This document shows positions 20,015 through 27,862 of a stretch of DNA of 64,000 bases, piece after piece. Origin of the DNA: Escherichia phage vB_EcoM_Maryam; the sequence record PQ799574.1, one strand, 5' to 3'. The notes under the pieces are model-generated. The model had not been told where the DNA came from and did no database searches. It saw only the letters and a program-made list of their open reading frames with translations. Numbering within the stretch: the stretch's first letter is position 1; every line of letters starts with the position of its first letter. The position numbers and the translations under genes were made by a program.

Positions 20015-20179
20015 TTACTCTTCTTTTTCTTTAGATTCCTCTTTTTTCTTTTTAGGAATCTGTTCAGGACCTTTATTTACTACAGCACCTGATGTTGTTC
20101 CAGTAGAGATATTTTCAGGATTACCACCTGAATCTCCAGCGACCATATCTTCTTTAATAAATTCTTTATATGTTTTCAT
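20015..20179 (-). CDS. small acidic/lysine-rich protein (54 aa)
   Basis: My own translation (below track cutoff); TAATATG coupling to upstream ORF. Confidence 0.35.
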   Translation of the reverse strand: MKTYKEFIKEDMVAGDSGGNPENISTGTTSGAVVNKGPEQIPKKKKEESKEKEE

Positions 20180-20225
20180 ATTAACCTCTATTCATAAAAG
20201 CATTAAAAATTTGGTCATCAATAGA
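20177..20225. repeat. 49-nt direct repeat at the 3' end of a 61.x-cluster gene, copy 1
   Basis: 46 of 49 nt identical to 20535-20583. Confidence 0.7.
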
Positions 20226-20537
20226 TGGCGCAGTAATATTTTCTGCATCATTTAGCAAATCATTAATTTCATCAGATAGCATAACACATGTACCTTTATT
20301 TCCTGTAATTGTTACTGCACAATTACGAACGTTTTCTTTATCAAATTTTAGGTTAATATTTTCGTAGTGAAAATCCTTTAATGCCGAATATATCTTTAAA
20401 ATGAAATTGTCTTTTACTACAATAAACCCAACCTCACTATTAAAACGCGGTTCATGGAAACTGTAATAAACCTTTTCATCTATAAAATCGTATGAAATTT
20501 TTTCCATTTTTAAATATGAAAATTCAGAACTATACAT
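20181..20537 (-). CDS. hypothetical protein (118 aa); C-terminal 16 aa duplicated from the next gene
   Basis: Shared C-terminus SIDDQIFNAFMN(R/K)G and 49-nt DNA repeat. Confidence 0.5.
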   Translation of the reverse strand: MYSSEFSYLKMEKISYDFIDEKVYYSFHEPRFNSEVGFIVVKDNFILKIYSALKDFHYENINLKFDKENVRNCAVTITGNKGTCVMLSDEINDLLNDAENITAPSIDDQIFNAFMNRG

Positions 20538-20583
20538 ATTAACCTTTATTCATAAAAGCATTAAAAATTTGATCGTCAATAGA
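20535..20583. repeat. 49-nt direct repeat, copy 2
   Basis: 46 of 49 nt identical to 20177-20225. Confidence 0.7.
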
Positions 20584-21180
20584 AACTTTTACTTTAGGCT
20601 GTTCTTCAAACGGTAATTCATATCCACATATTACAATTTTGTGATCGATACCAAAATACACAGAAGCAATATTATTAATATTATTTTCAGTGAAATCTAA
20701 ATTAACATCAATATCTTTTTGACTAACGCTCAAAGGATAATTAATACGAATAATTCGATTATCTTTAACAAAGATTCCACCGACATACTCTGTGCTGCGT
20801 TTAAAGTTTACACGTTTCCTAAATGAAAAATATTCAGGTTCTTTATGGGCTCGACTCATAGGGCTTAAAGTGTATTCCGAATATGAAATATCAAATCCTA
20901 CACCTTCAATATGAGCCAAAGTGTCATGATTAAACCAATTATAATCGTATGCCAAATCCATTAAATTGTAATATGTGAAAGGCACCGGATTAACATCATG
21001 TGTTGTACCTTTAAAATCTGCCCAGGCAACGATTTCGTTATCTTTAACAATTACAAAAATTGTGTCAATAAGATATCCACGGTTATTTTCATCAGGCGTT
21101 ATATTATAACATTGTGCATCAGGAAATTTACCGTATTTAAACGGCGGATTTTTGTGCATATAATAAATCATATTATTCAC
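20539..21180 (-). CDS. hypothetical protein (213 aa), 61.2-like position
   Basis: ORF; shares 3' end with 20181-20537. Confidence 0.5.
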   Translation of the reverse strand: MNNMIYYMHKNPPFKYGKFPDAQCYNITPDENNRGYLIDTIFVIVKDNEIVAWADFKGTTHDVNPVPFTYYNLMDLAYDYNWFNHDTLAHIEGVGFDISYSEYTLSPMSRAHKEPEYFSFRKRVNFKRSTEYVGGIFVKDNRIIRINYPLSVSQKDIDVNLDFTENNINNIASVYFGIDHKIVICGYELPFEEQPKVKVSIDDQIFNAFMNKG

Positions 21181-21466
21181 CTGTGATTTCGGTTACGATA
21201 TTTTTGTTATTAAAGTTTTTATCGCAATACAGAACATAATTATACTGCATTACACCACCAGACTTAAGTTGTTTTTGCACTTCAGCTTTCATTTTAGGAC
21301 GATCGCGCTCAACGATATTCATAATATCCGCTTCAATTTGAGTTTCAACTTCAGTCTGATCTGCAGTCATAGACCATTCACACAAATCTTTATCATATCC
21401 TGCCATAGCAGGCTGAGCAGCACAAGAAGCCAAAGTAAAAATTGTAGCAAAAATAAATTTTTTCAT
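21173..21466 (-). CDS. sp: Spackle (Sp) periplasmic protein, 97 aa
   Basis: Signal peptide; T4 Sp length and position in the 61.x cluster. Confidence 0.65.
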   Translation of the reverse strand: MKKFIFATIFTLASCAAQPAMAGYDKDLCEWSMTADQTEVETQIEADIMNIVERDRPKMKAEVQKQLKSGGVMQYNYVLYCDKNFNNKNIVTEITGE

Positions 21467-21526
21467 GATAATCTCCTCAGTAGTTTATGTTTATATAGTA
21501 TCTCAATTTCCAACAAAAGTAAACAG

Positions 21527-21826
21527 CTATTTTAAAACTTCTGCGTAATCACATGTTACAAACTGTTTCTCTAGCTTAACGATTTTACGAAAATACCTTT
21601 TATACTGACGAATCTGCCTCTTCGTAGGACGTACAGCAAACTTAATAAATTCCACTCGACCAAATGGAGGACTTTCTTCTGCTGGAATATCTAACACCAA
21701 TTCCCACGTATCTGCAATAAGTGCTTTGAATTGAGTATTTTTCCTGACGTTATACGGAGTAGGTTTAAATAAAACAATATGCATATTATCCTCGGCAATC
21801 CACTTCGCACACTTTCTTGTCATCAA
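21527..21826 (-). CDS. hypothetical protein (99 aa), 61.4-like
   Basis: ORF and position. Confidence 0.4.
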   Translation of the reverse strand: MMTRKCAKWIAEDNMHIVLFKPTPYNVRKNTQFKALIADTWELVLDIPAEESPPFGRVEFIKFAVRPTKRQIRQYKRYFRKIVKLEKQFVTCDYAEVLK

Positions 21827-21968
21827 TGAAAGCTTTAACTAATGCTTTATTAACTTCAGCATATTGAGTAGTAGCCCATTGAACGTCATCTTTCATCATT
21901 GTGATTTCTTTAGTAAACATGCTTTCATTCTTAAACCACCCCATAAAAACTACCTTTACCAATTCCAT
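21786..21968 (-). CDS. dmd: Dmd-like protein (60 aa), antitoxin against RnlA/LsoA-type toxins
   Basis: 60 aa and position immediately downstream of gene 41, as T4 dmd. Confidence 0.55.
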   Translation of the reverse strand: MELVKVVFMGWFKNESMFTKEITMMKDDVQWATTQYAEVNKALVKAFIDDKKVCEVDCRG

Positions 21969-22026
21969 AACAATCTCCTCATTTAACCAACAAGACTACT
22001 ATACCATAGTCTTGTCAGCTTGTAAA

Positions 22027-23454
22027 CTAAAATTTTAATTCATTTGCCAAAGCATCTAACTGAGCTCGAGCTGATTCGTTTCTTTGATAGCGATTCTGTT
22101 CAGCCTGAATCTGTTGTGAACCTGCTACTTCACTCACTTCGGTTGGAGTAGAATCTTGTTCAATTTCTACCCATTTTTGATTTCCTTTTTGAACACCCAT
22201 CAAAAACTTATTCCACTTATTCTTATCACCATATCGTGATTTGATTTGCTTAATAAGTTGTTGTTCAGCAGCTGCTAGCTCCTCAGTTTCAATGACCGCA
22301 AGCATAAAATCAGCTGTTGCTGGAAGACCAGCAGATTCTGCAATATCGCTCATGTTAACATCGGAAGAGTCCCAAGCTTGTTTACCGACCTGTGCTGCAG
22401 TCCAAAGAACAGTTTCGGTTTCAACAGCCAGAGCACGCAATTCCTCTGCGATAGCTTTAACAGTTGTGTAACTATTTTCTGAATAAACTCGGATGCGACA
22501 AGATTTACAAATACCCAGATAGTCGACAATAATGATTGTTGGAACAAAATTCTTTTTGAGCTTCAATTCATTCAAGAGAGACCTGAATGTATTAGCATCT
22601 GCTCCACCAGTAGGGTACTGTTTAACGATTAAACGACCAAGAGTAGATTTCTCACGCCATTTTTCCATTTTTCCTTTATACTCAGCGTAAGAAATATGTC
22701 CATCATCAATATCGTCAAGAGAAACATCGAGCATGTTAGCATCAATACGTTTAGCACAGACTTCTTCGGCCATTTCCATGGAGATATAAAGAACGTTATG
22801 ACCAAGCTGTAAATAATCCGCTGCTAATGAACACAATCCTAATGACTTACCAACGTTAACGCCAGCCATTAAAACGTTCAGTGTTCCTGTTTCAGCTCCG
22901 CCTTTTGTAATTTTATTCAAAATACGAAGTTTAAATGGAACTTTACGAGCTTTATTCATATAAGATAGCCAGCGTGCTTCGTAGTCATCCATCCAATCAT
23001 GACCAACGTAGCTATCAAATGAAATTGATAATGCTTGGCGCATGATGTCAGGAATAGCACCAACATCCGGCATTTTCTTATTTCGTTTTTCCGGAGGAAG
23101 CTCAGCATTAGTTTGAATTTCGATTATTTTAGACGTAGCATTAAACATCGCCCTTTGCTGAACATATTTTTCTGTTTCTTTTACTAACCAGCTGTGGTCT
23201 TCCGGAGAATCAGCCAGTTTTGAAATAAGTGTTTTTACACCAGAATATTCTGTTTCAGTAAATGAACTATTTTCTAATGCAACATTTAACGCATTAATAG
23301 ATGGAACGCTATGGTACTCATTAACATGAGATTTAATTAATTTGAATGTATTTTTAGCTGGACCACTTTCAAAATATTCTGAATCCATATATGGCCAAAC
23401 TTTTGAAAAATAAGCTTGATCAAATATAAGATGAGAAAGAATAATTTCTACCAC
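22027..23454 (-). CDS. 41: replicative DNA helicase (gp41, DnaB-like), 475 aa
   Basis: Walker A GVNVGKS; length identical to T4 gp41. Confidence 0.9.
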   Translation of the reverse strand: MVEIILSHLIFDQAYFSKVWPYMDSEYFESGPAKNTFKLIKSHVNEYHSVPSINALNVALENSSFTETEYSGVKTLISKLADSPEDHSWLVKETEKYVQQRAMFNATSKIIEIQTNAELPPEKRNKKMPDVGAIPDIMRQALSISFDSYVGHDWMDDYEARWLSYMNKARKVPFKLRILNKITKGGAETGTLNVLMAGVNVGKSLGLCSLAADYLQLGHNVLYISMEMAEEVCAKRIDANMLDVSLDDIDDGHISYAEYKGKMEKWREKSTLGRLIVKQYPTGGADANTFRSLLNELKLKKNFVPTIIIVDYLGICKSCRIRVYSENSYTTVKAIAEELRALAVETETVLWTAAQVGKQAWDSSDVNMSDIAESAGLPATADFMLAVIETEELAAAEQQLIKQIKSRYGDKNKWNKFLMGVQKGNQKWVEIEQDSTPTEVSEVAGSQQIQAEQNRYQRNESARAQLDALANELKF

Positions 23455-23463
23455 ACTTACTCC

Positions 23464-23826
23464 TTAAAAGAATTTAAACTTTTTCTTTGACCTTTTATTA
23501 AATGCATCTTGTAGTTGCATTGTAATACATTTTTCTACATGAGGAGCTAACTCAGCTTTTCTTTCTTGGTCAAGAACAGCAAAGTCCATTACAACCTTTC
23601 CATCAACCCAATCCAGTTTAGTTACATACACTATATGTGTAGAACCATCTTCTAGTTTAATGACAATCTCCTGGATAACATTTTCCATGGCAGATTTAAT
23701 TATCTTAAGAGATTCATTAAAAAGACGTTCTTTTCTTTCTTCTTCCCCCTCCGAAGAGGGGGATTCATCGATAATTTCTAGATCTAAATCTAAATCATCT
23801 TTATTCATTAAATTCTTCCATATCAC
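23464..23826 (-). CDS. 40: gp40-like protein (120 aa)
   Basis: Position between uvsX and 41. Confidence 0.5.
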   Translation of the reverse strand: MIWKNLMNKDDLDLDLEIIDESPSSEGEEERKERLFNESLKIIKSAMENVIQEIVIKLEDGSTHIVYVTKLDWVDGKVVMDFAVLDQERKAELAPHVEKCITMQLQDAFNKRSKKKFKFF

Positions 23827-24982
23827 TTAACTGCTCGAGGTCAGTTTCTAAATCAGCAGCTGATTTACTTTTACTTTCTGAAGATTTAAATTTTTCAACT
23901 TTTGAGTTAATCAATTCATCAACTTCAGCTTCAACAATTTCATTACTATCAATAGCACCTAACTGATAAGCACGTTTAATAGCATCTCGGAATGGTTGAT
24001 GCTTAAATAAAGGACCCCAGAATGTAGTGCAGTTGGTATCTTTTGCACGCCAAGATTTTTCTTCGCGAATCATCTCGCCGGTTTCTTCGTCAAGAAATTC
24101 ACGCGCATACCAACCATTTTTAGGTTTTACTACAAATCCTAATTCTAGAGCCATATCTAACAATCCAGAATAAGGATCAATACCACCGTCAAATTTAACA
24201 TCAATAAAGAATTTACTTTTTTCTTTAACGGTACGAGATTTTTCTACATTTAGAACAAATTGATACCCCTGAAGATCAGAACCATCTTTAATCTGACGCT
24301 TACCGATAATGAATACTGTATCAGCCGAATACATTACGCCTGTACCACCTGTCATCACGGTTTTACTAAACATTTCAATTGTTTCAATTGTATGGTTAAC
24401 CGCAACACATGGAATATTTTTAATGCTAAAGTAAGGAGTAACGATACGGAATAATGACTTCAGTGATTTAGCACGAGTCATATCTGCCACAGATTTTTCA
24501 TTTAAGGCATCTTCCGTTTCTTTCTTAGAAGCCATATTACCGATTGAGTCGATGAATACAATAACCTTTTCACCACGCTCAATAGCTTCAAGCTGATTCA
24601 CCATATCAATTTTCAGCTGTTCAACTGACTGAATCGGCGTATGAATTACTCGTTCCGGGTCAACTCCCATGGATCGCAAATAAGCTGGAGTAATACCAAA
24701 TTCACTATCATAGAATAGACAAACCGCGTCAGGATATTTGTTCAAATATGCCGCAACCATAGTCAAAGACATATTTGATTTAAAGTGTTTAGAAGGCCCT
24801 GCGAAAATAGTTAAACCAGACTGCATACCGCCATCAATCGCACCAGAAATAGCGATATTAAGCATTGGGATTTTTGTGCGGATTACATCCTTTTCATTAA
24901 AGAATTTAGATGTAGTCAGTTCAGCAGTCATTTTAGAAGTGGAAGCTTTAATCAAACGGGATTTTAAATCTGCAATAGACAT
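23801..24982 (-). CDS. uvsX: UvsX recombinase (RecA-like), 393 aa
   Basis: RecA-fold Walker A GPSKHFKS; T4 UvsX length and position. Confidence 0.9.
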   Translation of the reverse strand: MSIADLKSRLIKASTSKMTAELTTSKFFNEKDVIRTKIPMLNIAISGAIDGGMQSGLTIFAGPSKHFKSNMSLTMVAAYLNKYPDAVCLFYDSEFGITPAYLRSMGVDPERVIHTPIQSVEQLKIDMVNQLEAIERGEKVIVFIDSIGNMASKKETEDALNEKSVADMTRAKSLKSLFRIVTPYFSIKNIPCVAVNHTIETIEMFSKTVMTGGTGVMYSADTVFIIGKRQIKDGSDLQGYQFVLNVEKSRTVKEKSKFFIDVKFDGGIDPYSGLLDMALELGFVVKPKNGWYAREFLDEETGEMIREEKSWRAKDTNCTTFWGPLFKHQPFRDAIKRAYQLGAIDSNEIVEAEVDELINSKVEKFKSSESKSKSAADLETDLEQLSDMEEFNE

Positions 24983-25059
24983 TCATTTTTTCCATAGGCA
25001 TCATTATATTTTCCTCACTGGTTAAAGATAGAGTAATTATAACATAATAAATTTAGGCA

Positions 25060-25908
25060 TTAATCAACTGCTATTGGATGAATAGCATTAAACTTATGAA
25101 ATGCTTCTGATTTTTCTTTGCGCGAAACGCACATGCGAAGAACCTTTAATGGCTCGTCTTCTTCACCCAACGATTTTCGTTTTTCAATATTAGAAGTTTT
25201 CCAACGAGCTTGCTCTGGAAACTCTCTATTGATTTGCTCAAGCGCTCTATTATGTTTAGAATTACTACGAATTGAACTACACCCGCCAGGAGCTTGTGCT
25301 TTTCCAGATACAACCAGATATTTGAACAAGGCCAAATGCGGATAACCTTGATTAATTAAATTGAGAAATGCATACATATCTTCGCACAAATCAATTTTTC
25401 CATACCCAATTTGTTCTGTCGTAAGTTTTCCGAGGTCATACCATGTATTCGTGAATCCATATGAATTTTCACGATAATTACCCCAAGATGAAGTAATTTT
25501 AAAAATTGGTAGGCGAGCATGACCGTGATAATACCCGCAATCCATGGCATCTTCAACGTATTGAATCAATTCATAGAACTGTTCACGGGTTAATTGATTG
25601 ACTTTATCTACACAACGACGGTCATCTCTTTTTCGCATTGAACTCATACGAATAGTAGTATCATCGTCAATCATCCAGATTCGTTGACCTGCATACATAT
25701 CAGTAATTGCTTTACGAGTACCGGCAATTCCGTTTACATCATCAGGAATAGTTATAATTTTAGCTCTAGACCCATAGGCATCATAATAAGCTTTTTCTTC
25801 ATGTTCACGCACTACAATATGGGGTTCATAATCAGTCGGAAACATATCAAGGGCAGAAACTGCCCCGACACGCTGATAACTTGGAATTACGAATTGAATC
25901 ATTTCCAC
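25060..25908 (-). CDS. glycosyltransferase at the beta-gt locus (282 aa), candidate DNA glucosyltransferase
   Basis: DxD-like motif IWMIDDD; sits between uvsX and 42 where T4 has the 351-aa beta-gt. Confidence 0.5.
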   Translation of the reverse strand: MEMIQFVIPSYQRVGAVSALDMFPTDYEPHIVVREHEEKAYYDAYGSRAKIITIPDDVNGIAGTRKAITDMYAGQRIWMIDDDTTIRMSSMRKRDDRRCVDKVNQLTREQFYELIQYVEDAMDCGYYHGHARLPIFKITSSWGNYRENSYGFTNTWYDLGKLTTEQIGYGKIDLCEDMYAFLNLINQGYPHLALFKYLVVSGKAQAPGGCSSIRSNSKHNRALEQINREFPEQARWKTSNIEKRKSLGEEDEPLKVLRMCVSRKEKSEAFHKFNAIHPIAVD

Positions 25909-26639
25909 TCACCGTTATAATCTTTTTTCACAATATGAGTTTCGCCAGTATTCCACCAATGATCAACCAAGTAAAAATGACGAGAATATACATGAAGACT
26001 TCCAACATTCCATATAATAGAACCTGCTTTATACTGACGAGTTGAATCGCCGGCATTCAAATCAGATACTAATTTATCTAATACGTATTTTTGCCATGCA
26101 TAATCATTACGGAATCCGAAGACCACGTCATTTGAGCGCATGCTTACTACTGCATTGACTTTCTTATCACGAATCAGGTACTGTACTGTATTAGTACACA
26201 TGAAATCTGACATACCATCTTTATTGTAGTCAAATTGCATGGATGGACGAGTATAAATCATGATACCACGTCGAGAATCAGGATTTTGACCAAGTTCAGC
26301 TAAACACATATCATACTGGGCATAGTTATCTTCTGACCAAATAGCCCAACCATAATTCGAGTTAATTTCGCCTTTAGAAGATGCTACCTGCTGCCAAATC
26401 TTTGGTGTTTCGCCTGGAATATCTTTAACAAACAAGCTCTTAGATTTATACCATTCAAGTTCACGCTGAATGTATTCATCATTAAGAGCGCCAAAAATAA
26501 AGGGTTCATCTGCTACAAATGATGCGCCAATAATTTCAATAGTTTTAACGCCAGTTTTATCAACTACGAAATCTTTTTCCTTTAATGCAGTTCCCAAATA
26601 AAAACGGATTTCTTCAACTGTCATAGAGTCATTAATCAT
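25899..26639 (-). CDS. 42: dCMP hydroxymethylase (gp42), 246 aa
   Basis: Length identical to T4 gp42; thymidylate-synthase-like fold. Confidence 0.9.
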   Translation of the reverse strand: MINDSMTVEEIRFYLGTALKEKDFVVDKTGVKTIEIIGASFVADEPFIFGALNDEYIQRELEWYKSKSLFVKDIPGETPKIWQQVASSKGEINSNYGWAIWSEDNYAQYDMCLAELGQNPDSRRGIMIYTRPSMQFDYNKDGMSDFMCTNTVQYLIRDKKVNAVVSMRSNDVVFGFRNDYAWQKYVLDKLVSDLNAGDSTRQYKAGSIIWNVGSLHVYSRHFYLVDHWWNTGETHIVKKDYNGEWK

Positions 26640-26646
26640 TTAAACC

Positions 26647-26796
26647 TCAATTGATACATTCATATTTAACTTGTAACAGTAATAAACCCCAACCTAAAAT
26701 AATAGTCGGAATCATAAGAGGAACCGTTACACTATAGTATATACTTATTATAATCATCAAGATTAAAAGCAACACTTCTATAATTTTGCTTTTCAT
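26647..26796 (-). CDS. small hydrophobic protein (49 aa)
   Basis: ATGA overlap with imm stop; GAGAGAAGGA RBS; own translation. Confidence 0.3.
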   Translation of the reverse strand: MKSKIIEVLLLILMIIISIYYSVTVPLMIPTIILGWGLLLLQVKYECIN

Positions 26797-27044
26797 TCCT
26801 TCTCTCTGATGATAATTACTTGATTTGGCTGTGCAGACTTTTTAGTTTCACCCGCAATTGACCAAATAAATGTAATAAACCAACCAATAATTGACCAGTT
26901 AAACAGCAAAGACGTGAAAAAGATTCCTACTGTCGATTTTGACCCACGCATCAAGGCGATAAACCATGGAAGCATGTATATAATAATAGCCAACACACCT
27001 GAAACTAAAACCATAAAAATTGAACCTGCTACTAAAGTTTCCAT
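26793..27044 (-). CDS. imm: immunity protein Imm (superinfection exclusion), 83 aa
   Basis: Two-TM membrane protein; T4 Imm length and position. Confidence 0.8.
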   Translation of the reverse strand: METLVAGSIFMVLVSGVLAIIIYMLPWFIALMRGSKSTVGIFFTSLLFNWSIIGWFITFIWSIAGETKKSAQPNQVIIIREKE

Positions 27045-27051
27045 GTTTTCC

Positions 27052-27432
27052 TCACTTAGTCAAATTTTTTACGCATGAATTATAAGAATTCACTACATAC
27101 TCCATCGGAGCATTTTTACCGGTACGCCATTGGTAATTATTAGCCCAATTTGCCCAAAGCTCGGCGCAGTAGTTTTCAATTTTTTCTTCGCGTGTAATTA
27201 CATCCGAATTACGATATGCTTGAGCAGATTCATCTGGACGAATAGCTTCGTCAAAATTTGCCTGCATTTGTTCTACTGTTTGCTTTGGAGCTTCTTTATA
27301 ACACTTGACATTAGGATTATAAAACTTGCTTGAACAGTTTACAATTTTTCCTACATCAGACTGATTTACTACCGGTCCTTGAGCCACACAACCAGTAAGA
27401 CCTAATGCAATAACCAAAATAGCGATTTTCAT
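27052..27432 (-). CDS. putative lipoprotein (126 aa)
   Basis: Signal peptide with lipobox LTGC. Confidence 0.5.
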   Translation of the reverse strand: MKIAILVIALGLTGCVAQGPVVNQSDVGKIVNCSSKFYNPNVKCYKEAPKQTVEQMQANFDEAIRPDESAQAYRNSDVITREEKIENYCAELWANWANNYQWRTGKNAPMEYVVNSYNSCVKNLTK

Positions 27433-27442
27433 AATAATTTCC

Positions 27443-27679
27443 TCAAATGCAAGTAGTAATTACTCCAGTAGTGCTTATGCAGGTATTACCCATTTGCACA
27501 CCTAAAGATCCATTTGTATTCACATGAAGATTATCATCAATTTTAACTGATATTTTACCATTAGTGTGAATAACGGTGCTAGATTTAATCACAGGTTGAG
27601 TATCATTTTCAACACTAATAAATGGAACTGCTACTAATGCAACTAAACAAACTGCTAAGCATCCCATAACAATTTTCAT
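27443..27679 (-). CDS. small secreted/membrane protein (78 aa)
   Basis: ATG with GGAGAATAAA RBS; N-terminal hydrophobic segment; repeated promoter cassette upstream. Confidence 0.5.
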   Translation of the reverse strand: MKIVMGCLAVCLVALVAVPFISVENDTQPVIKSSTVIHTNGKISVKIDDNLHVNTNGSLGVQMGNTCISTTGVITTCI

Positions 27680-27726
27680 TTTATTCTCCAAATCTGTATC
27701 AGTAGTTGATAGTTGTATAGTACCAC
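27672..27726. repeat. 55-nt repeated promoter/leader cassette, copy 2
   Basis: Exact match to 464-518. Confidence 0.7.
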
Positions 27727-27746
27727 AGAAGAACAGTCTTGTAAAC
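27717..27746 (-). promoter_or_regulatory. early promoter (PeSL-like), second copy of the repeated cassette
   Basis: GTTTACA-N17-TACTAT; 55-nt repeat shared with 464-518. Confidence 0.5.
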
Positions 27747-27823
27747 AGTTTTGTGAAAATTTTTTAGGGAATTCTAAAGGTCCAGAATCATCTGTTTTTC
27801 ATAAGTATAGATTTATATTACTT

Positions 27824-27850
27824 GTATGAAAAAGGGACCCGGAGGTCCCT
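27824..27850 (-). terminator. intrinsic terminator after gene 43
   Basis: GGGACC-UCCG-GGUCCC plus U-run. Confidence 0.7.
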
Positions 27851-27862
27851 AGATTTATTCTA

